Below, piece by piece: positions 1-7,626 of a stretch of DNA of 64,000 bases; the stretch's first letter is position 1, and the number at the start of each line of letters is the position of its first letter. Position numbers and translations under genes: made by a program. Under the pieces are notes generated by a model that did not search any database, had not been told where the DNA came from, and saw only the letters and a program-made list of their open reading frames with translations. Origin of the DNA: Candidatus Eiseniibacteriota bacterium (GTDB lineage: Bacteria > Eisenbacteria > RBG-16-71-46); the NCBI GenBank assembly GCA_041483195.1, contig JBGPFC010000002.1, forward strand, positions 128,001-192,000, in the 5' to 3' direction.

Positions 1-267
1 GAGCAGGTCGTCGCGGGTCAGGTGGGGCAGCCGGAAGAACTCGAACATCATCCGATTGTAGCTGCGCATCATCCGCCGGACGATGCGCAGCCGGTCGCGG
101 CGGCTTGCCCGCGGGATGACAACCGCCAGATTGGCGAGCGCGGCATGCCGACGGGAGGGGAAGCATCGAAGATGGAGCTCGGTCAGCGCGTCCGCGAGCA
201 GGTAACCGAGGCCGAGCGGGAGACTGGCGATCAACGATGTGAGCCAGCCGAAAACGAGTCGAGACAT
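1..267 (-). CDS. Lipid A lauroyl/lysophospholipid acyltransferase family protein, N-terminal part (runs off window; not in ORF track)
   Basis: Manual translation MSRLVFGWLTSLIASLPLGLGYLLADALTELHLRCFPSRRHAALANLAVVIPRASRRDRLRIVRRMMRSYNRMMFEFFRLP matches the LpxL/HtrB-family N-terminal pattern (LP..LGY..RR..A..NL....P). AAGGAG RBS at 279-284. Confidence 0.7.
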   Translation of the reverse strand, partial: MSRLVFGWLTSLIASLPLGLGYLLADALTELHLRCFPSRRHAALANLAVVIPRASRRDRLRIVRRMMRSYNRMMFEFFRLPHLTRDDLL

Positions 268-319
268 CCTGTTCCCCACTCCTTGTATGGACCGGCTGGG
301 CGAGCGATCCGGTGAGGCG

Positions 320-349
320 AAGCTACGGCCTCGCGCGAAATGCTGTCAA
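320..349 (-). promoter_or_regulatory. sigma70-type promoter for the acyltransferase gene
   Basis: TTGACA-N18-TAGCTT on the minus strand. Confidence 0.55.
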
Positions 350-427
350 GGCGCCTGGGTGCCTCGCGCGGGCCGTGCGCGCGCCGAAACTCGCGGGGGA
401 AGGAGCCGCGCACATCGCGCCCGATCA

Positions 428-457
428 TTGACCCGGCCGCGCCGCGAGGGATACGAT
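428..457 (+). promoter_or_regulatory. sigma70-type promoter for the 580..999 gene
   Basis: TTGACC-N18-TACGAT. Confidence 0.5.
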
Positions 458-579
458 GCTCACGTTCGGCAGCGCGTCGAACCGGGTTTTCGAAGCCGGG
501 CTTCGGCCCCGATGCCATGGATGGACATTGCGCGGCAATCGCATGCGACTCGCCGCTGCCGCGCGCGGAGGGTACGGTC

Positions 580-999
580 ATGGCCAGTCAGAAGCTGGTT
601 CGCTGCCTGATCCGTCGGCGCGGCAGCCGTGAGGATGGAAGTCTGCGATTCATTCCCCTCGAGATCTTCGGGTTGTGGGAATACCTCATGAGCACCAAAC
701 ATGACTTCGAGGTGGTCGCGCCGCGGGCTTCACTTTGGCTCGACATGGAGGACTCTCCCGAAGCGGCATACAGCGAGAATCAGTACGAGCGCGTCACCGA
801 AGTCTCGGCATTCGTCTACTCCGGGCGCGACGAGATGTTCACGCGCGCCTGCCGGTATTTCAGGAGCGACGAATGCGAACGCCTGAAGAGCATCTTCCTC
901 GCGCACTACGCCGAGGGCGACGAACACCCCCAGACGCACGTTCGGGAACGCCAGGGCATCTGGCTGCACCGGCAGGCCGGAGCGGTTCCCATCTCCTAG
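580..999 (+). CDS. Hypothetical protein (139 aa)
   Basis: GGAGGG RBS before ATG 580; globular, non-shadow composition (MASQKLVRCLIRRRG...RFIPLEIFGLWEYLM); no family recognised. Confidence 0.75.
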   Translation: MASQKLVRCLIRRRGSREDGSLRFIPLEIFGLWEYLMSTKHDFEVVAPRASLWLDMEDSPEAAYSENQYERVTEVSAFVYSGRDEMFTRACRYFRSDECERLKSIFLAHYAEGDEHPQTHVRERQGIWLHRQAGAVPIS

Positions 1000-1132
1000 T
1001 GCGAAGGGCCGCGGCGCCGCCCTTCCGCCAGCCCGCGAGATTCCGTCGCACGGCACCCTGCCGGGCCCCGCGGTTCCCGGGCCCCCCGGGGCGGCACCTC
1101 CTCGCTTCCCCCTGGCCTCGCGTTCTTTTCGT

Positions 1133-1160
1133 TCAAGCCGCCGTGAGCCCGCGCCGATAG
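1133..1160 (+). promoter_or_regulatory. sigma28 (FliA)-type promoter upstream of mglA-like gene
   Basis: TCAAG-N15-GCCGATAG in intergenic DNA; consensus is TAAAG/TCAAG-N14-15-GCCGATAA. Confidence 0.65.
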
Positions 1161-1418
1161 CACTCCCTGTATAGGCAGGCGCCCGGCCAAACGCCAGGTC
1201 AGGCGGATGCGGTCCTCGCCGCCGGCGTCCGCAGGGCGCCAGCAGACGAGAATCGCGGCCCCATCCGATGCGTGAGGATCGTTCGGGCGACGCGTTTCGG
1301 CGCGGAAGCAAATGGACGGTTTGCACCATCCTCAAGGTTCCCGTGGAGAAAGGGCGGCAAGGGGCTCCGTGGGACAAAATCTTGTGACAGGGTGGGGTCG
1401 CTCAGGGAGGAACTCATC

Positions 1419-2699
1419 GTGGTCGTCGTGAGCTATTCGGGCAAGGAGATCAACGCCAAGCTGGTGTACTACGGATGCGGCTTGAGCGGCAAGACCACGA
1501 ATCTCGAATCCATCTACGAGGCGGTGCCGGACACCAGCCGCGGGAAGATGGTGAGCATGAAGACTCAGTCGGATCGAACCCTCTTCTTCGATCTGTTGCC
1601 GCTCGATCTCGGCGAGATCATGGGATTCAAGACGCGATTCCTGCTGTACACCGTGCCGGGCCAGGTCTTCTACAACGCGACCCGCAAGCTGGTGCTGAAG
1701 GGTGCGGACGCCATCGTGTTCGTCGCCGACAGCGAGGTCGGCAAGATGGAGGAGAACAAGGAGAGCCTCGCGAATCTCCGCGCGAACCTCTCGGAATACG
1801 GCCTCAGCCTCGACAACATTCCCTACGTCATTCAGTACAACAAGCGCGATCTGCCAAACGTCTACACGCTCGATGAGCTGAACGCCGAGGTCAATCCGGG
1901 CGGCAAGGTGCCGTTCTTCGAAGCGGTCGCGAAGGACGGACGGGGCGTGTTCGAGACGTTCCGCGGGATCTCGCACCTGCTGATGGAGAAGGTGACGCGG
2001 GACTTGAGGCGCAGCACCGGCGGCGGGCCGGCCCAGCGCCCGGCGGCCGAGATGCCTCCCGAAGCCAGGCCCGAGCTCGCGCATCCCGCCCAGCCGCTCG
2101 CGCCTCCCAACGTGCCCGCGCACCTCGCGGCGCGCGAAATGCCAGAGGCCCCGGCGCTCGCGAGCGGGGTCGATTATGGCCGCGAGATCGAGCTTCCCGG
2201 CGCGCGCGCGGCCGCGGCCCAGGCGGCGCAGGGCGCCGCCACTCCACAGGCCGCGCCCGTCACCTCCGCATTCGCCTCACCCGCGCCGATCGCTTCGGCC
2301 CCGGTCGCGGCCGCTCCGGTTCGCCAGGCCGAGGCCGCTCCGGTCGCGCCTCCGAGACCTCACCAGCCCGAGGTCGCGTCCGCTCCGGCGCCAGCCGCGC
2401 CGGCACGTGGCGCGACTCCGCACCCGAAGGCGGAAAGCGCCTCGCAGCCGGCTGCGAGCGGTCGCTTCGCCGCCGAGAGCGCGCCTCCCGCTCCGCGCCA
2501 CGAGGGCGCGTCGGCCGGAACCGCGACGGCGCACGCCGTGCGCGCGGCCATCGTCGACGCAACCCATCCGGCGTCATCGCCGGCCTCTCCGGGGCTGGCC
2601 CAGCGCATGGATTCCGAGGAGCTCATCGTTCCGATCCGGCTCGGTGTCAAGGGCACGCACGAGATCGTGCTGCGCATCGTGCTCAAGCTCGAGGGCTGA
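1419..2699 (+). CDS. mglA: MglA-family small GTPase with long Pro/Ala-rich C-terminal extension
   Basis: SYSGKEINAKLVYYGCGLSGKTTNL (G1), DRTLFFD (intrinsic Arg finger), TVPGQ (G3), YNKRD (G4); GGAGG RBS before GTG 1419. Confidence 0.9.
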   Translation: MVVVSYSGKEINAKLVYYGCGLSGKTTNLESIYEAVPDTSRGKMVSMKTQSDRTLFFDLLPLDLGEIMGFKTRFLLYTVPGQVFYNATRKLVLKGADAIVFVADSEVGKMEENKESLANLRANLSEYGLSLDNIPYVIQYNKRDLPNVYTLDELNAEVNPGGKVPFFEAVAKDGRGVFETFRGISHLLMEKVTRDLRRSTGGGPAQRPAAEMPPEARPELAHPAQPLAPPNVPAHLAAREMPEAPALASGVDYGREIELPGARAAAAQAAQGAATPQAAPVTSAFASPAPIASAPVAAAPVRQAEAAPVAPPRPHQPEVASAPAPAAPARGATPHPKAESASQPAASGRFAAESAPPAPRHEGASAGTATAHAVRAAIVDATHPASSPASPGLAQRMDSEELIVPIRLGVKGTHEIVLRIVLKLEG

Positions 2700-2769
2700 G
2701 GTCCGCGTCGGCGCACGCGTTACGGATCCGACAAGTCTTCTCCAACCCGTCCGTTCCCCGAGATGCGTG

Positions 2770-2798
2770 TTGACAGGGGGGCCGCGGGTTCTTAGCTT
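2770..2798 (+). promoter_or_regulatory. sigma70-type promoter giving a near-leaderless mRNA
   Basis: TTGACA-N17-TAGCTT ending 10 nt before ATG 2809; no SD sequence. Confidence 0.7.
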
Positions 2799-2808
2799 GA
2801 GTGCACCC

Positions 2809-3264
2809 ATGAAGGCTCCGATCGTCCTGATCTCCTGCCTGGCGCTGACAGCGGCGCTCTCGGTTCCTGCGTCCCGCGCGTCGGCTAATCCGTTCGGCGG
2901 AACCGGTCCATCCGTTTTCACTCCGCGCGTCCCGATCAGCGCGCTGGCTCGCCCGGTGGCATGGCTCGACCCGTCGCGCTTTCACGTCTCCTCTTCGGTC
3001 AGCATGGGCTCCGGATTCGGCGGCGGAGTGGACGCGCTGCAGACCCTGAGCCTGAGCTATCGATTTGCCGCGCCCGCATGGATGAACGTCAGCCTCGGGA
3101 ACACCTGGGGGCCGGACGCCGCGGGCGGGCGCAACTCGATGTTCCTCGAGGGCGTGGACTTCGCGTTTCGACCGAGCGCCTCGACCTTCTTCGAATTCCG
3201 TTACCAGAATCTAAGGTCGCCTCTCCAGCGTTCGCCGGTCGCCTCGGGATTCTGGGGACCGTAG
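2809..3264 (+). CDS. Hypothetical exported, beta-rich protein
   Basis: Signal peptide MKAPIVLISCLALTAALSVPASRASA followed by alternating beta-strand-like segments (LSLSYRF, FFEFRYQ). Confidence 0.7.
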   Translation: MKAPIVLISCLALTAALSVPASRASANPFGGTGPSVFTPRVPISALARPVAWLDPSRFHVSSSVSMGSGFGGGVDALQTLSLSYRFAAPAWMNVSLGNTWGPDAAGGRNSMFLEGVDFAFRPSASTFFEFRYQNLRSPLQRSPVASGFWGP

Positions 3265-3295
3265 CGCCCGCTCCGGGTCCTTCCGGCCTGCGCCC

Positions 3296-4081
3296 GTGAG
3301 CCGCATCGGCACCGCCTTTGCAGCATCGCGCGGCCGCACCGGCCTCATTCCGTACATCACCGCCGGGTACCCGTCGCTCGACGCCTCTCTCGACATGATG
3401 CGTGCTCTCGATGGCGCCGGCGCGCTGGCGATCGAGATCGGGATTCCCTTCTCGGATCCGATCGCGGACGGCCCCGACATTCAGCGTGCTTCGGAATGGG
3501 CGCTACGCCAACACGTCGGCGTTCCCCATGTCCTCGACCTGGTCGCTCGGTTTCGCCGCGAGAGCGAGCTTCCGCTCGTCCTGATGACCTATTTCAATCC
3601 GATCCTGCGCGCGGGAGTCGAGGCGTTCGCGGCCGGCGCCAGGGCGGCGGGGGTGGACGGTGTGCTGGTCTCGGATCTGCCGCCCGAGGAGACCCCGGAG
3701 GTGTGGGAGTGCTTCGACCTCGCGGGGATCGACACGGTGGTGCTGGTTGCCCCGACCACCGATTCCCGGAGGCTGCCCCGGCTCGTGGGGCGCAGCCGCG
3801 GATTCGTCTACTGCCTGGCGCGGACCGGCGTCACGGGCTCGAGCGATGGCTACAGCGGCCCGTTGCCGGACCGCGTCGCGGAGTTGAGGCGGCACTCGAC
3901 GCTGCCGGTCGCGGTCGGCTTCGGGATCTCGGGGGCGGGGGACGCACGGGCGATGCGCGAGGTCGCGGATGCGATCGTGGTGGGCGCGGCCTTCATGCGC
4001 GAAGTGGGGCGTGATCTCGAGCGCGGGGCGGACACGCGGGTGCGTGCGCTCGCGGACCAGTTGGTCGCGGCGTTGCGCTGA
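3296..4081 (+). CDS. trpA: Tryptophan synthase alpha chain
   Basis: PYITAGYP, EIGIPFSDPIADGPDIQ, GVTG, PVAVGFGI motifs. Confidence 0.96.
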   Translation: MSRIGTAFAASRGRTGLIPYITAGYPSLDASLDMMRALDGAGALAIEIGIPFSDPIADGPDIQRASEWALRQHVGVPHVLDLVARFRRESELPLVLMTYFNPILRAGVEAFAAGARAAGVDGVLVSDLPPEETPEVWECFDLAGIDTVVLVAPTTDSRRLPRLVGRSRGFVYCLARTGVTGSSDGYSGPLPDRVAELRRHSTLPVAVGFGISGAGDARAMREVADAIVVGAAFMREVGRDLERGADTRVRALADQLVAALR

Positions 4082-4087
4082 GGCTCA

Positions 4088-4115
4088 CGCGGGGGGGCAA
4101 TGCGCTCCCCCCGCG
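4088..4115. terminator. GC-rich hairpin between convergent trpA and the small peptide gene
   Basis: CGCGGGGGGG...TCCCCCCGCG, ~10-bp stem; no U-tract. Confidence 0.55.
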
Positions 4116-4150
4116 CGGATCTGCGGGTGCGAAGTCGTGGCCGCCGCGTC

Positions 4151-4207
4151 CTAGCGGCGGATCCACCACAGCAGATCGATGTACAACACGATCAGGCCGA
4201 GTTCCAC
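4151..4207 (-). CDS. Putative 18-aa hydrophobic small protein MELGLIVLYIDLLWWIRR (not in ORF track)
   Basis: GGAGG at 4214-4218, 6 nt before GTG; hydrophobic core with basic tail; TAG stop, then a hairpin; candidate sigma28 promoter upstream. Confidence 0.6.
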   Translation of the reverse strand: MELGLIVLYIDLLWWIRR

Positions 4208-4311
4208 GGTTTACCTCCAACTTCGAGGGTCGCGTTCAAGACGCGGTCAACCGTTCGGATCGGCCGCCCGTGGGTTGGCAGCGCGGGCGGGGGAGGCGGC
4301 GTCCTGCCGTC

Positions 4312-6786
4312 TCACCTCGCAGCTTCGGCAGTCGCGCGATGCAACTTGAGTGCTTTTTGCGTGGCGGGTCCCGCTCCCCGCGCCGGCTCGGTGAGCTGGC
4401 GAAGCACCACCACCGTCAGGTCGTCGAGCGGACGATCGGCGAAGGCGCGCACGGCGGCGAGCAGCGCCTCGAGCACGTCCGCCGCCCGCCTCCCGGGGCA
4501 GGCGTCCAGCACCTCGCGAACCCGGTCGGTCCCGAACAACTCGTCACCGCACTGTGCCTCGGTGAGGCCATCGGTGCAGAGCAGCAGCAGATCTCCGGCT
4601 CCGAGTTCGACCGGCACGTCGGGATAGGTGGCGTCCACGCTCACTCCGAGCAGCACGCCACCATCCGTGAGTTCCTCGAAGCGGCCGTCGCGCCGGCGAA
4701 CCAGCGGCGGGGTGAGGCCCGCGTTCGCGAGCCAGACCCGCCCCCCCCGCACCTCGATGCGCGCGCAGAGGAGTCCCATGAACTTCTCGGGTTGATCGAG
4801 GCCGACCAGCTCGCGATTGAGAACGTCCAGCAGCGCGCCCGGACTCAGCGCGCGCCGCGCTTCGTCGCGGAAGCGCGCCTGCACGCCGGCGAGCACCAGC
4901 GCGGCGGGCACACCCTTCCCGGCCGCGTCACCCACGGCAAGCGTGAAATCGCGGGGCGCGGTCTCCACGAAGTCGTAGTAGTCGCCCCCCACCGACTCGC
5001 ATGAGAGCGTGGCCGCCGCGCAGTCGAGCGTCGGATAGACCGGTGCGCGACGGGGGAGGCGGTGCGCCTGAATGGCGCCGGCCTCGCGCAGCTCGCGCTC
5101 CAGCGCGCCGTGCGAACTGGCTTCGCGCCGCAGCGCGCGATTCTCGAGCGCCACCGCGAGATGGTCGGCGAACCGCTCGAGCTCGCGCGCCTCGAGCTGT
5201 CCGAGCCATGCGCCCGCCAGCCGCCGCCCCAGCAGCAGCAACGCGCGCCGCGGAGACTCGCCGACCGGCACGATCCATCGCACGCCGCCGCGCTCCAGGG
5301 CCATGGCGAGCTCCGCGCCCCCCTCGACCTCGTCGACTCCCACCACGCCGGCGCGATCACCCAGCGCGCGCGCCAGATCGGTTCCACCCGCGGGCAGCGT
5401 CGTTTCCCCGACGTGGCCGGCATCGCGCGCGATCCCGTGCTCGAGCGCCAGCGCCGCGCAACCGTCGAGCCGCAATTCCGCGGCCAGCGTCCCGCATGCC
5501 GTCGAGAGCAGGGGCTCGAGCCCGCCGGGGTGATCCGCACCGCTTCCCACGATCGAAATCACTCCGCTGCTCGCCGGCAACCGCGCACGCAATCCGCGGA
5601 CCCATGCGCTGAGCGGGCCCGCCAGCCCCGCGACCAGCGGAACACTCGCGAGCGCCAGGCCCTCGACCTCCGCGCCCAGTTCGGCGCCGCGGTGCAGGGC
5701 GATCCATTCCCCGCCGAGATACGCGAGCGCGCCCCCCGCGCCGAGCATCAACGCGAGCGAGCCGGCGCGCAGCGCCATCCGGAAATCGAAGATGTGATGA
5801 ACCACCACCGCCCACGCGAACGAAGCCGGCACCAGCAGCGTGAGCATGACCGCCCACCGTTCGCCGGGGACGGCCGTGCCCGGGGAGAGATTGCGGATCA
5901 GGATCAGGGCCGCGAGCGGGCCGGCGCCGAGCACGGTGCCGGCCAGCGCGACGCGCAGACGCCGGCGTTCGTCGGCCGACCGCGCTCGAAAGTAGGATCG
6001 CCCGAAGAGCGCGAGCGCGACGATGAGCCCCAGCGTGAACCACACCGCGGCCGCCACCTGAAGTGCCGCGAATGCCACGTCGGCGCCCGGAAAGGCGCTC
6101 GGTCCCAGCGGCTCGAGGAGCGCGGTCGCAAACAATACCGCAGCGATTCCATAGCCCCATCGAACGCGCGTCTCGAGTCGCCCGCCCCAGCGGGCCGGTT
6201 CTGGGAACATCGCGAAGAAATGGACGAAGAGCGCCGGCAGGAATAGCGTGATGCCCGAGTACGCGGTGCGCCACACGAGCGCGAAGGCCGCCGAACGCAG
6301 CTGGGGGAGCGGCGCGATCAGCCATGCAAACGCGAGGCAGAGCAGGAAGAAGGTGCGCGTGAGCCGGTCGCGCCGCTCGCTCCAAACCAGCCCCGCGAGC
6401 AGCACGAAGCCCGAGCTCACGACCAGCAGCGCCGCGAGCATGCGGCGCTCGGAATCGGGAAGCGGCTCGGCGGCGAGCCAGACCCGATCGCGACGATCCC
6501 CCGCGCGTCGTTCGAGGAGCAGGGGCCGGCCCGGCGCGGCGTCCGCGAGCAGCTCGCGCGCGAGCCACCCTGAATCGGTGGGGCGGCCGGTCGCCGCCAG
6601 GCGGTCGCCCGGCAGTATCCCGGCCCGATCCGCCGGACTTCCGGCGATCACGGCCGCGACACGATCCGACTGGACGATCAGCCCGGTATAAGGCCGGCCG
6701 GGCACGCCAAGGGCCGAGCACGCGAGCACCGAGGCCGCGGGCAAGAGCAGCCAGGCGATCATCCGGGCCGACCATCCGCGATGCAT
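4312..6786 (-). CDS. Membrane-bound SpoIIE/RsbU-type PP2C phosphatase (PDZ - multi-TM - GAF-like - PP2C)
   Basis: VIAGSPADRAGILPGD (PDZ); 7-8 TM helices; VGGDYYD, VGDAAGKGVPAAL, TDGLTEA, DDLT PP2C motifs. Confidence 0.9.
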   Translation of the reverse strand: MHRGWSARMIAWLLLPAASVLACSALGVPGRPYTGLIVQSDRVAAVIAGSPADRAGILPGDRLAATGRPTDSGWLARELLADAAPGRPLLLERRAGDRRDRVWLAAEPLPDSERRMLAALLVVSSGFVLLAGLVWSERRDRLTRTFFLLCLAFAWLIAPLPQLRSAAFALVWRTAYSGITLFLPALFVHFFAMFPEPARWGGRLETRVRWGYGIAAVLFATALLEPLGPSAFPGADVAFAALQVAAAVWFTLGLIVALALFGRSYFRARSADERRRLRVALAGTVLGAGPLAALILIRNLSPGTAVPGERWAVMLTLLVPASFAWAVVVHHIFDFRMALRAGSLALMLGAGGALAYLGGEWIALHRGAELGAEVEGLALASVPLVAGLAGPLSAWVRGLRARLPASSGVISIVGSGADHPGGLEPLLSTACGTLAAELRLDGCAALALEHGIARDAGHVGETTLPAGGTDLARALGDRAGVVGVDEVEGGAELAMALERGGVRWIVPVGESPRRALLLLGRRLAGAWLGQLEARELERFADHLAVALENRALRREASSHGALERELREAGAIQAHRLPRRAPVYPTLDCAAATLSCESVGGDYYDFVETAPRDFTLAVGDAAGKGVPAALVLAGVQARFRDEARRALSPGALLDVLNRELVGLDQPEKFMGLLCARIEVRGGRVWLANAGLTPPLVRRRDGRFEELTDGGVLLGVSVDATYPDVPVELGAGDLLLLCTDGLTEAQCGDELFGTDRVREVLDACPGRRAADVLEALLAAVRAFADRPLDDLTVVVLRQLTEPARGAGPATQKALKLHRATAEAAR
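4322..4349 (-). promoter_or_regulatory. Candidate sigma28-type promoter within the 3' end of the phosphatase gene, pointing at the 18-aa ORF
   Basis: TCAAG-N15-GCCGAAGC on the minus strand; lies in coding sequence, so a chance match is possible. Confidence 0.45.
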
Positions 6787-6815
6787 CCGTGCCTCCCGGG
6801 TCGAACGGCGGCCCG

Positions 6816-6843
6816 AGGCTAACAGGGCGGCCCCGGCTGTCAA
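6816..6843 (-). promoter_or_regulatory. sigma70-type promoter of the phosphatase gene
   Basis: TTGACA-N16-TAGCCT with extended -10 TG. Confidence 0.6.
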
Positions 6844-6858
6844 GATTCACTAGGGGCT

Positions 6859-6887
6859 TTGTAACCGGGCCGGGATGTGGCTATTCT
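6859..6887 (+). promoter_or_regulatory. sigma70-type promoter of csrA
   Basis: TTGTAA-N17-TATTCT. Confidence 0.55.
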
Positions 6888-6891
6888 CGCC

Positions 6892-6919
6892 TTAAGTGGT
6901 TCAAAGTTCTTGCCGATAC
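6892..6919 (+). promoter_or_regulatory. sigma28-type promoter of csrA and the flgM-like gene
   Basis: TTAAG-N15-GCCGATAC, 56 nt upstream of the csrA ATG. Confidence 0.65.
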
Positions 6920-6975
6920 GCTGACTGTCCGACGGGTGATTCTCGCCCCGGCACCGGAGCGGAGGAAGCTTCACG

Positions 6976-7230
6976 ATGCTGGTCCTAACAAGGAAGTTAG
7001 GAGAAAACATTCGGATTGGTGACTCGGTGAAGATCACCGTGCTCGAAGTGCGTTCCGGGCAGGTGAAACTCGGAATCGAGGCTCCACCCGAGGTGAAAGT
7101 GCACCGGGAAGAGATTTATGCCCGCATCCAGGAAGAGAATCGGCGCGCACAGCGAACCAAGGTCGGCGGCTCCGAGCCGGCGGCCGCGCCGCGCGACAGC
7201 GAAACGAAGGACCGGCCCGCGCCCGAATGA
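6976..7230 (+). CDS. csrA: Carbon storage regulator / translational regulator CsrA
   Basis: [16 protein letters not shown]...[29 protein letters not shown]. Confidence 0.97.
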   Translation: MLVLTRKLGENIRIGDSVKITVLEVRSGQVKLGIEAPPEVKVHREEIYARIQEENRRAQRTKVGGSEPAAAPRDSETKDRPAPE

Positions 7231-7309
7231 GTCGGTCGCACGCGATCCGGGGCCGTCGCCGCCGGTGGCGGCGCGGCGAGCCGACAACGACCCCATTTCG
7301 CGAGCCAAC

Positions 7310-7510
7310 ATGAAGTCCATCCGTCCTCCATCTCGCAGTCGTCGTCCGCTGCCCCTGCCGGCGCGGCCGCCGTCGACGGTCTTCGCCGAGCCCATCCGCT
7401 GGCCGAACGTCATGACCGCGAGGGCTCGCATCGCGGTGCAGTTCTACGACCGTCCGGACGTGCGTGCCTCGGTCCTGGCAGCTGTGCTGGACGAGTTGAT
7501 GCGCGAGTAG
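7310..7510 (+). CDS. FlgM-like anti-sigma28 factor (66 aa)
   Basis: Disordered N-terminus, then IRWPNVMTARARIAVQFYDRPDVRASVLAAVLDEL, resembling the FlgM C-terminal R..KV...K..I..G.Y......IA..LL pattern; lies downstream of csrA in a fliA locus; start uncertain. Confidence 0.55.
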   Translation: MKSIRPPSRSRRPLPLPARPPSTVFAEPIRWPNVMTARARIAVQFYDRPDVRASVLAAVLDELMRE

Positions 7511-7542
7511 AATTCGGGTTCGGTGCTCGATGCCGGCCCGGG

Positions 7543-7580
7543 GCGGGGCGGTCGCGGTGTCCGCGGCCGCCCCGCTTGTT
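7543..7580 (+). terminator. Intrinsic terminator after the csrA-flgM-like pair
   Basis: 15-bp stem GCGGGGCGGTCGCGG-TGT-CCGCGGCCGCCCCGC followed by TTGTT. Confidence 0.7.
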
Positions 7581-7626
7581 ATACTGCGCGCTCCATGAGA
7601 GCCAAGTGTCGGTGAGGCGCGGTCGC

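Noticed and set aside
2020..2610. Low-complexity GCC/CCG-rich stretch as a repeat array
   Set aside because: It encodes the Pro/Ala linker of MglA; there is no fixed-length repeat unit or spacer structure.
4151..4207. Trp-Trp peptide as a trp attenuator leader
   Set aside because: It lies downstream of trpA on the opposite strand and has no trp gene 3' of it, so the geometry does not fit attenuation.
7280..7287. GCCGACAA as a separate sigma28 -10 box for the flgM-like ORF
   Set aside because: No -35-like element at the required spacing; GCCGA is common at this GC content.
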